64,000 nt of DNA from Phoronis australis (GCA_002633005.1 NMRA01000019.1:111555-175554); one strand, 5' to 3'; numbered from the stretch's first letter, positions 37,131 to 49,950 are shown. Program-made: numbers and translations. Notes: generated by a model from the sequence alone, not told the origin.

Positions 37131-40077
37131 ATGTTCGTAATGAACAGATTTGTTGGAATCACTATCCTAGGTCTTGCAACGTATTGTGCAGTCCAAGGTA
37201 TTGTACAGTAATTACAAAGTTTGGCGCGATAACATCGTCTTAACCTGAACACCTTCGTTATTACTCAGTGCCTCATATCAACAACATTTTCACGAACAAA
37301 ATCGTATGTTCGTTCAAAAATGTATTTCGAGAATGTTTTCTGTTTTATCTAAGTTAACACCTAGCCGTGGAAGCGCGGCGGAATCAGTTCGTGTCAGTCA
37401 CGCAGTGCCGGCTTCACTTGAAATAAGTTTCCCTGGGAAATACGTTTCCTCTTGACCACGCATCACTTTTCTCTCCAAGGAGGACGATGAATTGTCATCT
37501 GAGTTGTCAGTTTTTGCCTGCATCATTTACTGCAGTGATTTGTTCTTGAAACTAAATATAAGTTTTTAAATCTGGCGAATACCTAGGTCTGACCTACGCA
37601 ATACATAGCCCCTATTAGTACTAGTTTAGCGTTGTGTGTCGGACCATACTTCGCAGTTGATGCAACTGCCTTGTTATGACCTAGCACTGATCCCTCGCTG
37701 ACAAGAGACAATGGAGTAATCTGTCGATCTCTTTTTCGTTTATTTTTTCTCGAAATTGTATGTCACGTGATAGAATTGAGAATCTGACAGACCGCATCAA
37801 TTGCTGCCTGTATTTGAAAATTACAGATGCCTTCATATTTAGGGGCTGTCTTTAATGAGGCCCGTTGATGGTATCCATGCGACCACCATTTTGGTGATTA
37901 TTTTATTGATAACTATTGCCGCTTAAAAAGAAATGGTCCAATGATGGAATCGATTGCAACTCTATTTTTCCTGCCCTGTGAAGTCACTAATTTTATGATA
38001 AGACAGGTCACTTCTTGGAGGGTCACACGATGGTACGGAATGAAGTGTCACTCTTTCATATTAATGACGCTTAGCCCTTCAAATTAAGGTGCCCCTTTCA
38101 TAGGGGCTCCTCTTTCTGAGGCGAAGAACACAAGAATCCAAATTCATCGAAAAAACACAAACACAAATTCGTAAAAAAGCACAGCGAATATCAAAACATT
38201 CGGCCCAAACAACCAAAACTGATTTTGTTGAAAAATCTAATTGGACAGAACGCAATCGAAAGAATGGAAGTTTGAATAAAGTGAAGATTACTATTTGTGA
38301 ATTACAAAAAACGGTTTTATAACGATAAAATGTCAACACCTTTTCCCTTAGTATCTTAAGCATGGAATTTCTTTTGAAGATCGTTACTAGGAGTTTTTTG
38401 AACTCGCACATGACGAACAGATTTTGGGGTAAGATTTTTGATGACCGTGTATAAAGCACATGTGTAACGCATTAAGGTACTCAAGGTACTGCGCATATAC
38501 TGGCAATCATAAACAACGAATTCATAAACTGTGATAGCTACCTCTGCACGTTTGTTAACAGGAATAAATTCGAAAAATTCCTCGGGGGGGACCCCAAACC
38601 CCGTGGGATACCCCGTCTCCCATGTTCCCCTACTATTTGTCCGTCAAGAATTTGCGAGCATGCCTTCGGGAAGTGCATAATATTCTGTTTCGATAAACAA
38701 CAGATTCGTTGGTTTCTGATTTACGTGTTTAAGTATCTACGATATCGACTGATTCATACATGTAGATGATTTTTGACAATTAGTGAACTTAGCTGCGGGT
38801 TGAAGTTGGGAAAATCTTTATCATCCGATCTCCAGATAGCCAAGTACACGAGACGATTTTTGCCTATCTGAAATAACTCTCAAAGATATCGACGAAATTC
38901 GGTCAGTTCTACAGGGTGTCCAAAAATGTACTCACAATTAAAATGACAATAAATGCATTGTTTATTGACTTAGGGACAACATTCGTGTTTCTTAAAACTT
39001 ATGTTAAAATTCACAAACAAGAGATCAAATGTGAATTTGCATTTTAATTCTAAAAGCATTTATATCAAATTGAACGTATTGCTCATTAATTTGAGAAGAC
39101 AAATTGTCTTTGAAATTCCTTCGTGTTTTTATTTTCCAATAATATTGCGCAATAGATTTTGTTCACAAAAACCGAGTAGTTTGTTTGACATTCTCACGCA
39201 TACAGAGCACGTTATGCCTCACGCACCCACTTTCAAAACAGTAACCATACAGTAGACCCCGAAGCAGAATGTGATTCACAGCTCAGTTCACAGGAACTGA
39301 ATTTCAGCTACGCCTACCGGCTTGTACTGAAGTGCAAGTACATTTTTAGGTCACCCTGTGCATCATTTTTCCTCAGCCAACAGATACTGGGCTACCCGCG
39401 TTTTAACAAGAAATTTTGAAACAGCCTCAAATGCAGTCTATCATGATGAAATGATTCTTGACCTTAGGACCAGCGCAGACAGATAGGTACAGGTACAAAC
39501 TGATCTACCTGTCTCAAGCGAATCATAGCCGAGCTGCCCAGTGCCTAGCCCACATGTTGTTCGTGCAATTGTTATTTGCACACCTTCAGTTGGCGTGATG
39601 AGATGTCAAAGACATCACTTGAGGCAGACAACTCAGCTCCCAGATATTCGTCAGCGCTGGCCTTTAGACCTCATTTTCACTCTCCGTGAAATTTGGTTGA
39701 AATAAACTCTGATGGCTGCCTCCACAGGGTTTACCACAACCCATGGCGGGCGTGGGGATCAGAGGAGTGGGCGGAGGTGGCGGCAATAGGATGGGGACAA
39801 AAATTTCGAATTGGTTTGTGCCCCCCAATAGTGTTACCATCCTACGAGGCAATGCCACTAAAAGGTAACCAAGGATCTGCATTTTTAATAAAGGTAACAT
39901 AAAAATGGTTGCCTTCCATTTAAGGTGAACAGGAGGTCGAAAACTGGAGGCCACACTGATAAGGAAGAACAAAAAATAGGAAAGATAGACAAGGGACGGA
40001 AAGAAGAGAATTGAAATCCTGAAAAGCAATGTTTTGACCGTCATTCGACACAGCTGCTGGGTGTTTGTGTGCGTGCA

Positions 40078-40112
<35 letters not shown>

Positions 40113-43100
40113 ATGCCGACAGAGTTGCTGTGATAGCCTATTTAAACGATGTCCACTTCGAAACTTCATTCAATGCAGGGTTGGATTGCGTGCAAACAAA
40201 TCAAACAGAAGCGCAACTTTCGCCACACTGTTCTTCCCATCACGTGACCTTGCCATTTCTATGCTTTGGACGTCCTTCCTATTGGTCACTCTTTTCCATT
40301 TGAAGGTCCGTTCTTCCCAATTTGTTCGACTCTGTCCTTCCCGTCTATAGTCTGTTTCCCCATTTCATGAACAAGACTGACTAACGAAATCAAATTGTGG
40401 ATTTTCAGGTGAACTGCAAGTGACGCGACAACTGGGTGTTTACGGAAATTTCTCTAACATCTCCTGCGGGGACGATCACCGTATTGTTGTGATGTCCTCT
40501 AACTACGTCGCCACATGCATCAACAAAACGTGCCAACTAAGCGAGCCACTTCCCTACAATAGATACCTGACCTTGATAACAAAGTGCAATGGACGATTCT
40601 TCTGTAAATATGGACCAATAGAAAGGGTGGATCTCCATGTGGCTCAGACTAAAACCAAGCCTTCAGATTTTCAAGAATTTTTTTTCACTTGCGTCCCAGG
40701 TAGGCTTATATGAGGATTTTATCTTTCCCTACGATTTCTGTTGATGAAAAAATAGGACGGAATTTCAATTCCCGTGACTTTTAAGTAATGTTTGCTCCAT
40801 CGCAAACTGGCCATTTAATTGTAAAACGAATACGCGCTCTATTAATGCATTTTTTCCCTATTCGTTATATTCACAAAACGCAATTTCATACCTAGCCAAG
40901 TAAATGTTTTACCTGTCTTGAATTTAATACATGGGCAAATATTAGAATATCGAGTTATCGTATGTATCAAATCCTCACAACCGAAATCTAAAACAAATGC
41001 AGTAGTTCAGAGCTTCATTTATTTAGCCGCTGCTTAGCTGTCAATTTTGAGTTATTCATAATCAAAGCGTTTTGTTTTAAAAAAACAATACGCTTTCATC
41101 CAAGTTTGAATTTTTGCCGGATGCGCCTGCATCAGGTCACGGGGAGTGGGTGTACATAAGTTATTTTCGAATTCGAAATTTTAGGACTGGCCACCACGAC
41201 AAACAAAGTCCGAAGCTTTTTCTTGAGCCGCTGTTGGTTCCGATGTTCTTGTTGGTAACGGAAATAGAATCCTATCACGACTATTACGAGGCCGATTTTA
41301 TGAAAGTAAAAGGCCGGATGTGATTTCGGTTTTTGGTCATCTTAACAGAGCGAAATTCAAGTCAAATTATACACCAATGAAACAACAAACACGTTCTTCT
41401 GTAACTTTATGTTGTGTCCGTTTATTGTATTGTTCCAGATTTTATCTACTTCAATGAACCACAAAATACTGTACAGGTTACCGCTGGTTTTCTACAGACG
41501 AACAATTTTCATCCCAACGACAACACAGAAATCGACTTCATGTGCAAGCTGTCTTCAAATAGCGTGATCAAACTGTGGGTACTTGACTATGCAAATCTTG
41601 GTGGGCAAAACTGCGACGGACAAATTTGTGTTTGTCGTGATGATAAGGAGGGCGAGTGTAAGAATAAAAGTGTTTTTGTGATGACTGGAGGTTTTATAGA
41701 TTTGTCGAAACCAGACAACATGAGAAGTACAGTAGAGATGCCTGAGGCAACCATACAAAACAGTACAAGTGTCACTGCTAATGTCAACGTATCATGTCTA
41801 CCACTAGCAACGACAACGCCACCTAGCTTCATCCTGGCGGTAGGCCTGCTCTTTGAAAGTAAGTTTCCATAACATCCTTTACGAAAAATTCCAATAGGAT
41901 TTCCTATTGGATCCTATAGAATTTCCTATTATATCCTATGGGAATTCCTATTGGATCCTATAGGAAATTCAATAGGATCCTATAAGATTTCCTAAAGCAT
42001 CCAATAGGAAATCCTATAGGTATCCTGAGGATATTCTATAAGAAACTCTGTAGGAATTCGTATAAGACTTTAATATATCCAGTAGACAGTTCAATAGGAT
42101 TGTATAGGAAGTTCGATGGGATTCTATGAAGAAATTAACAAACATGTATTAAGACTCTATAGGAATCTTATAGAATCCTATAGAAATTCCTATAGGATCC
42201 TATAGTATCCTATTGAATATTTTCGTATGGGACTTCTCCATATTCAAACCCTCCCCTCACTCTGAAGAGCGCACCATATTTGCTCCTAGGGTAAAGCATT
42301 CCACAACGATGCGATTTCAATCTCCCAATACTCTTAGTAAAATAGTTAATGTTGTCTAGATTTTCTGCGTTTTACATCAATACTTGGCAGACAGAAATGT
42401 GATGCTGGGACGCGATGTTTACGTTGAAGGCTTGCATTTTTGTTTTGGTCTTGCAATTGCATCCCATTCAATGACTCCTCTTTTGACAACCGTGCGTTAA
42501 AATAGACGGGGCGCTTTCAAGAAAACTCATACTACTTTAGTTCCCGGAATCACGTGACCTGTTTCCCGCCAGATGTGCGTTTGAAATTGTGCTGAAGATT
42601 TCTCAGTTAATTCTCTTTATTTAAGTCTCGAGTTGTCTCATACTTCACCAGCGATGAGTGCTGACGAACCAAGAAAGGAATGCAAGCAAAGATAGCGCAT
42701 CCTTAAACGACAGAGCAAAAAAAAACTGACTCAAACAACCCTTGACTTCCGTCAGGTTGACCCGCCCCTATGTGAATCGGACTCAAATGAGGACATTTCA
42801 AAGCTCGAAAAAGCACTGACTTCGCCCCAAGTTATTAAAACACTCCGTGATCGACTGTTCCAACGTGTCCTGGATGATATAAAGGCTTAGTACGAGTCAA
42901 TCATTATCATTAACCAGAAAGACAAAGAAATTCAGTTCCTGAATGAGCAAGTCAACAATTTGTCAGCAAATCTAGACAACTTAGAGCAATAATCGCGACG
43001 TAATAATATAGTTATATATGGAGTCGATGAACCTGTAAATGAAAAACTTAAAAAAGCTTTGTTCTGTTTAACAATTATATTATTGTCGCTCTTTGTGAAA

Positions 43101-46100
43101 CTAGTAATGTTACCAAAGACGACCTTGATAATGAACTAATCATTCCTCGTTACAGTGTAGCCTATCACAGTAACAGTGGCCGTGGCATCATCTTATTCAC
43201 TAAAAACACGTCACCCACATTTAAATTATGTCCTAGCTTAACTTGTCCTCAGTTATGCAACTGCTGGATCGAAATTTATTTCGGTCAAAGAAAATTTTAC
43301 TATGAGTTGTTTTATCGACCACTTTCTCAGTCATCAACTGAAAGAAAACTACTTCAAAACCCTAGCCGATCAGTTAGCGGACCTTAACCGCAATAGCGTT
43401 AGAATCACAAATGGTGATTTTAATGACCGAAACTCTACAAGGTACAATGATCATGACAATACGGCCGGATTACAATTGTTTGATATTTTATTGTCTAATG
43501 ACTGCATACATACACAAAACGTACCGAGAGTGGAGTACATGAAGTAATATCCCACGAGACATTATTCCGCGTATCGACCGAGACCGAATGTATTTATCCC
43601 GTGCGCTTCGAATTCCTAAGTTTCTTTAATTTTTTCGGCAGATTTTTCAAGTACTTCAACTGTCTGATATCCCGGCTAATCAAACTGATGTCCGGAAGTA
43701 TCTCAATGAAACTGACCCCAATAAGAATGATGGCACAGCTTTAATCACCAGCAAGATGATCAAAATGATTGCCACCAAAATTACCATGCCCTTAACCAAT
43801 CTGTTTAACAATAAAACTTCTTCAGCTAGGTATATATCCGTCTTCTTGGAAACATGGAATTATGGTCCCTATACATAAAAAACTCCCAAACTGAAATTTC
43901 AAATTATCGCCCAATAACTTTACGTCACATCCTATCCAAAATCTTCGTGAAGATCATTGCTCAAATTATTTTTCATTTCTCAAACAAAACAACTTGATCT
44001 ATCATCGTCAATTTGGGTTTTTGCGTGGACATGAGATTCATTCACATTTTGAGAAAGGCGAGAGTGTCAGGTCCATTTTTCTAGATATAGCTCCTGCTTT
44101 CGACTTTGTCCCTCACGACCTTCTACTTCACAAACTTCGATCCTATGGCATTACTGGGAATCTTTTAAACATGATCACCTCACATCTCTCCTTTCGTACA
44201 TACAGTGTTCGTGTCGACAGCGTATTTTCGACTTTATCCCCTCCTGTATTTGTAAACGCAGGTGTACCGCAGGGTAGCGTATTGGGTCCTCTTCTCTTCT
44301 TGGTTTATATTAATGACCTTCCTGATAACCTGTCATGTAGCACATACCTTTATGCCGATGACACGGCGCTTTTTTACCCCTTCGTAGTGATTTGAGATCC
44401 TCCACCCCAATTCCTCTGTCGTTCAGTCAGGCATTCAGAAGGTCTACAGTTATGATGTGCATCAACAACTGGAATTCTCTTCCAGTCTCTGTTAAGGAAA
44501 GCAACTCTTTTACGAGTATAAAAATAATTTTAGAACTTTTTTCATAATTTTGATAACTCAACACCATTGAATCAATTCTCCCTTCCCTGCGATAACGAAA
44601 CAGCATTGTACAGATCAAGATGTGGTCTTTTCCTCTACTCCAACAAGTTTAGGCACAACTTTAGTAATGTCTCTCCAAACTGTAAATGTGGTGACCATCA
44701 CTCTTATCCTCATGTTTTATTCAAAAGTCCCCTCATCAAATACCTGAGAGACTCACTCTTTCGTACACTCAATGAAAACCAATCAATTGTAAAAGCTCTC
44801 AATTCTTGTAATAAAATTCCTACTAAAGTCACATTATTATTGAATGGTAGTCCTAACCTTGACCTTGTTCTAAGTGAATTCCTCCTAAGCAACGTTAGCA
44901 AATTTTTATGTGCCGTTTATAAATATTGTTGCTTCTGATTTCCATACATGAATCTGTACATGTTTTTGTTTTTATACGTTTGTAATAGCATATCTAAACA
45001 TTGGAATACTTATATTAGATACTACTTAAATGTATATACCTCTATACATATATTAGTTTCATTTATAAATTGTCTACAACTCAGATATAATGCTTCGCAA
45101 TTTCTGGCTTTGTCATTATTTCTTTGTATGTTCTGTGCATTCTTCAATAAAAATATATCACTTTAAAAAGTTCCCGGAACTTGTTGAGTTATACGCAGGG
45201 CGGATGCATCCTTCTGCTGCATCTGTTGCAGATTGTCACCCACCTTTACAGTTCAACATATCATATAACTTTTGTAATTACCGATATCTGTAGCAGTTTA
45301 GTTTGTCATCATATATATGACCTTTTATCTCACCTACACGTGTTGTTACACTATAAACTAGCAACAGTATCGCTTTGCAGTTACCGCATATAAATGTCCT
45401 CATTTTGCATTACTTATGTAGGTAAAAGTGAAACAAAAGTCTTCTGTCACTACAGTGCTGCACAGAAAACCACAGAGGGAGCCGTAAACCCTACCAGGTA
45501 ATCATCCAGGGTTTGCAATAGCCTTCTAATTTTGGGAACTGCACGGCATAACACTTAACAACATGAAAGTACTTTGTCAGGCGTCTTATCAAAATATCAA
45601 TCTGTTGTACCAATGCTACGAAATAGCAATCTTCTGTATTGATACTTTGATACTACAAAACTTGGACTATACTACAAAACTCGGACAACACTACAAAAGT
45701 GCAGAAATAACAACACTGCAAACATTTTCTTTTGTAAAAACAACTTGGTGATCCAAGATTTGTACAAAGTTAATCTCTGTGTGGTGTGTCGTCCCCTTAC
45801 GTGCAGATCGTGAACATTTTTTACAGTTTAAAATGTTCATTTTTCGAGTAGTCTTGCAGGACAAGTTTTGCATTCTATCACAATTTTCTCAAGGTTGTAT
45901 ACATGCACCGTTTATAAAACGTAGTAGGGCCTATAGTTGTACTGAGAACTGCAAAGAGCTCGGAGAAAACTTGCTTCTGCCATGTCCACGAATTCATTGC
46001 CCCAGTTTCAATTTCACTATCAGAACTCCACATACAATACAGTTACCCTACATATTGTAAAGAATGACAAGAAAAACTTCCGTAACTATTGCTATCATAG

Positions 46101-48969
46101 GGATAAAAGTAATATGATAAGTTTTAGACGTTTTCAGACATCTGATATCACAGACCACAGTGATATTGTTCAATTTGATTCTCCTTATACCATTGTCAAG
46201 ATACGTATATTTGATTTACAAAGTTGTTAAGTCCATGGACTCAAGTGGCTGTTTACACAGCATGCCTTCGAAAAGCGCTGTTGAATTTGCGCCAAAACAA
46301 ACTAGTTCAGCAGCTATACAATTCAAAAGCGGTCAAGAGGTAATGAAGCATAGGATAATTTCGTTAAGTACATATTTTTAAAATCAATGATAATCACAGA
46401 ACCTTTTTTGTACACTAAAATAGTGCACAGGTATACGTAATCACGTGAGTGCGTTTTTCTAAAAATCTTTTCACGGTGATTGTGGTAATTTCCACAAAAC
46501 ACTGAATTTTTCGCATTCCTGTTCTTTATTCTGTTAACTAGAAAACCATATCTGTTTCGTTTAAGGACTTTAAGTCCAAGAACTCCGCTTTCAAACTTGA
46601 AGACGTCAGCATTCCTTGAAATAAAAGTCTTGATTTTTGACAGCCGAGCTTTCGGGCTAAAAGACCAGTCCTTTGCAACTAATGAAATAAAAACTGAATT
46701 TGCAAGTTTCTTGTTGTGCGAAAAAATCGTATTTGTAAAAAAATCGGGAATATGCATGAGAAATCACATTTTCAGACAAAAATTACAATCATACAATTAC
46801 AAAAATCTGGGCAATGGTTTCATGCACATAAATTATGATTCTGTGGTCATTAGCAAGGATTTTAAAAACATATACATGTAGTACCGTGGTTATTGAAGAA
46901 ATTCGATAGTTGATAACAATTTAGTTTTATTACTTAAACTCTGGCGAGACAATAAACAAAGTTCAGTGTGAATGAAATCGAAATTTGCCCAGTTATTGGT
47001 TAGGAAAATTATATATCACATTCACGAAGTTTAAGGTGACAACTTATTTGCTTTCAGCCCTGTTGGAGATAACACAAGTAAGTGTGAAGGTGACCTTGAG
47101 GTAACGCCATTATTGCTCCGTGCACATGCGCAGTTTTGCTCATTCTATTGAAATTCAGTCTTTTAATTTACATTTCTCATACTGTTATACCAAAAACTAT
47201 TGATTCACTTTTCGAGAAATTGCATTTGTATAATGTTTTTATAACTCTCAATAAATGTAAAGAAATAAAACCTGCCCTGTTTCACCCTTACTTTGTTATT
47301 CAGTCAAAATACGTTTTTCAAAATAGCAATAATATTCAGATTTTATTTAGTTTGAGTGTAATTTCAAAGTCTGCAACTTACATGTAGGTCAAATGTGCTT
47401 GTGGACAAGCACTTGTATGGGAACGTAACGGTAGTAATAATGACGATCGGATGACGGTGAACTAATAAAAATAAATTATTTGTGCAACCTCACCACCAAT
47501 AAAATGCCACGATTGAATCTTTGCAGAAAAGGGTAATTATGAACCGGTCTACTCAACCACACAAAGTAAGTCTTAAATTGTTCCTTATCAAGGAAGAAAA
47601 TGATCTTAATTTCCCAAATTGCGCAAAGGAAATGGCACGTTGCGAGTAGAAATGCCATGAATTTTGACAGAGTTGTTGGTTTTCCCTAATGGCTTTATGT
47701 CTACCGACTTCTTGATGGCAAGGAATTTGACAAACAAGTTTCTGTCAAGCAGACGATACCATTCTTCTTGTTTCAGACGGATTTGCCTTATGCTGCGCCC
47801 CCGAGTCACCTTTTTAGTTTATGATATATTCCATGATACTTATGAATATCCCTAGAAGCATACGGTTTCCGGTGTATCCGTGGGCGCATGTCAGGACTTT
47901 TTTATCAAGTAATTTTCAACATGGAAAAGAAATAAAGTACACGCATACCTGTTTTATGATTTCGATGTGCCCCTTTAACGTCTTCATTTAACAGTTTAGG
48001 CAGTTAAATGTGAACTGTACAAGTTATACTCTTTCACAACACAGAAAAACAACACCACGCAATAGGTCTACCGTCAAGAACTTAACTGTAAGTTAATTTC
48101 TGTAACATGTTTCATTACAGCCATCGTCATCGCCGGAAGTGTCAGTGCATCAGCTGGGGTCCTCATAGTTCTTTCTGTTGTAATCGCATGCGTCATCTAC
48201 AGGTAATTACAACCATGGCTCTGACGTAACTTCTGCCAAAAACCTTTTTTGATTGTGGGCACATGCCGTTAAAAATCACCCCCATCTCGTCCCTCGTTTT
48301 AATTACTATGTTTAAATTAAAAACAATTGAGAGGGCCATGACTCTGTCGTTATTCACTCGGTGCCCACTTTTTTAGCCGCCGAAGCAGGCATTTTGGTAA
48401 CAAAGAATTAGAACGCGGCAAGCTAGAAGCTCACTGAGCATGGACTGACAAAAATGACTTCACTACATTGTGCCTGCTAGTTTCCTACTGCCTGGTCAAG
48501 CTGCCCCGCCCACGACACAGTAGCATCATCAGAAGCTCAGTTCATTTTGATCTCATATTGGAACCTTTGTGCCCCGTAGTAAAAATTTCCAGGCAAGCAG
48601 AATGCTACGTCATATGTCGTCGATTTTGGCAAGGCACGTGTTTAATCGAGGCAACGATTGGCTAAATGGATTCTCTGCGTTTTTAGGTCGGTAACCCCAT
48701 AGCACAAAAACCTTTTTTCGCCATGGCAATGTGTAGCAAAACCAGCCACCAGTTTGAGTGAAATTCCCACTTCAGGTTAGGATGGCTAATCACCTGGGGT
48801 GTATCTGAGATCTCCAGTTACTATTCAAAGTTTCAACTTGTGTTTTTTCGTTAGGCGAAAGCGGCAACAAATTTCAGAAGAAAATGAAACTGAACTTACA
48901 GACAACCCTGTCTATGAAGGAGGCAAAACTCAGTTCAGTCAACAATATGAGGAAGACATGTACTACTAA
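37131..48969 (+). CDS. Type I membrane receptor paralog 2 (SUEL-like, CUB-like, stalk, TM) with truncated cytoplasmic tail; possibly a pseudogene
   Basis: Exons 37131-37197 ([23 protein letters not shown] signal), 40409-40699 (SUEL-like: ISC...IVVMSSNY...C...KCNGRFFC...FFFTCVP), 41439-41858 (CUB-like), tentative stalk exons ~45232-?, 45456-45497 and 47058-47077, TM exon 48121-48202 ([27 protein letters not shown]; 82 nt as in paralog 1), last exon from 48855 ([24 protein letters not shown]...YY*). Confidence 0.7.
38912..39358. mobile_element. Tc1/mariner-like MITE
   Basis: TA-CAGGGTGTCCAAAAATGTACT ... AGTACATTTTTAGGTCACCCTG. Confidence 0.75.
40065..40112. repeat. (GT)n microsatellite
   Basis: GT dinucleotide run with a short GC run. 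Confidence 0.9.
40409..40699 (+). CDS. Paralog 2 exon 2, SUEL/Gal_lectin-like domain
   Basis: ttttcag|...|gtaggc, phase 1-1, CNG motif. Confidence 0.7.
41439..41858 (+). CDS. Paralog 2 exon 3, CUB-like domain
   Basis: ttccag|...|gtaagt, phase 1-1; [10 protein letters not shown]...FMCKL...IKLWVLD. Confidence 0.65.
41875..42232. mobile_element. MITE built from CCTATAGGA-like internal repeats
   Basis: TACGAAAAATTCCAATAGGA ... TCCTATTGAATATTTTCGTA inverted ends, with many degenerate TCCTATAGGA units. Confidence 0.7.
42560..45161 (+). mobile_element. Degraded CR1-type LINE with ORF1, endonuclease, RT and C-terminal remnants, in intron 3 of paralog 2
   Basis: [19 protein letters not shown] (ORF1); IVALCET and NGDFNDR (endonuclease); [49 protein letters not shown] (RT); [15 protein letters not shown]; AATAAA at 45146-45151. 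Confidence 0.9.
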
Positions 48970-49698
48970 CGTACGTATCAAGTCCCTAACACAGACATAT
49001 ACACAGCTGAACAAGTCCGCTAATCGTGAAAATACAACAGGTCATCTGACACTCTCTTATAAAGCACTACCAACGCCAAGGAAGACAGTCGACGGATCTG
49101 AAACACTCTTCTTACTTTCACTTGTGAAGGAGACAGGCTACGGTGNTTCTCCCAGATTCCATTTGGCAGTTCGGGGTGCGAATGTCAGGCGGGCAAAATC
49201 CTGGCTAATACTCTGCCCTTCCCCCCCAACTCAAAAATCACAGAAGTCCTATCTTTTGATAGTCCTTCATGCAGAAGTAAACATTTTAAAACAATTCCTA
49301 AACACACTTTTGGAGAACAGTGCATAAAGCATAGTACTTAAAAGTTACATGCGACTCCTATCGTCCATTTCTGAGATCCCATGTTCCCAAGTTGGCCAAA
49401 ACATTTTTAGGTTCCTACCAAACATTAACCAGCATGCAAACATTTGACATACTCTACTACTTGCCCCTGAGAACGAAAGGAGATGTAAGGAAACGAGGTA
49501 TAAATTAAAAAAGTCTTTTTATTAATAAAATATTCCACATGGTATAATGGTACTCAATGCACTCAATCATGTCCAACATTGTATCATATTGTCCTTATTC
49601 AAAACTGCCTCATAACTCATACCTTTACACACCTCTTAGTAAACTGTTGATGCATCCTATCACTACGCTAGCCTATTTTCAGTACTATTTAAGGGCCT

Positions 49699-49950
49699 GG
49701 GGCCTGTTCCAAGAAACTGACTAATAAGTTCCTTCTTGACTTAAGTTTAACATTTGTCTTAACTTCCAAACTTTGAAACTTCCACATTCGGTAAGTAAGT
49801 CAAAATTAAGACAAAACTTATGTCAAACACTTAAGTCAAACTCAAGATCTCTTTCTTCGATTTGTTTTGAGACAAATTTAATTTTTATTTTAAAATCTAA
49901 TAAAATTTGAGATTTGTCTTAGCCAAGTCAGTTTTGTTGGAACGGGACCC
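49699..49950. mobile_element. Harbinger-like MITE
   Basis: GGGGCCTGTTCCAAGAAACTGACT ... AGTCAGTTTTGTTGGAACGGGACCC. Confidence 0.65.

Noticed and set aside
41880-42230. Repeated CCTATAGGA units that superficially resemble a CRISPR array
   Set aside because: The units are short and degenerate with no unique spacers, they are bounded by TIRs, and the context is eukaryotic with no cas genes.
48884-49327. 147-aa ORF as an independent gene
   Set aside because: It is an alternative frame of the paralog 2 last exon that picks up the frameshifted tail remnant and crosses an N.
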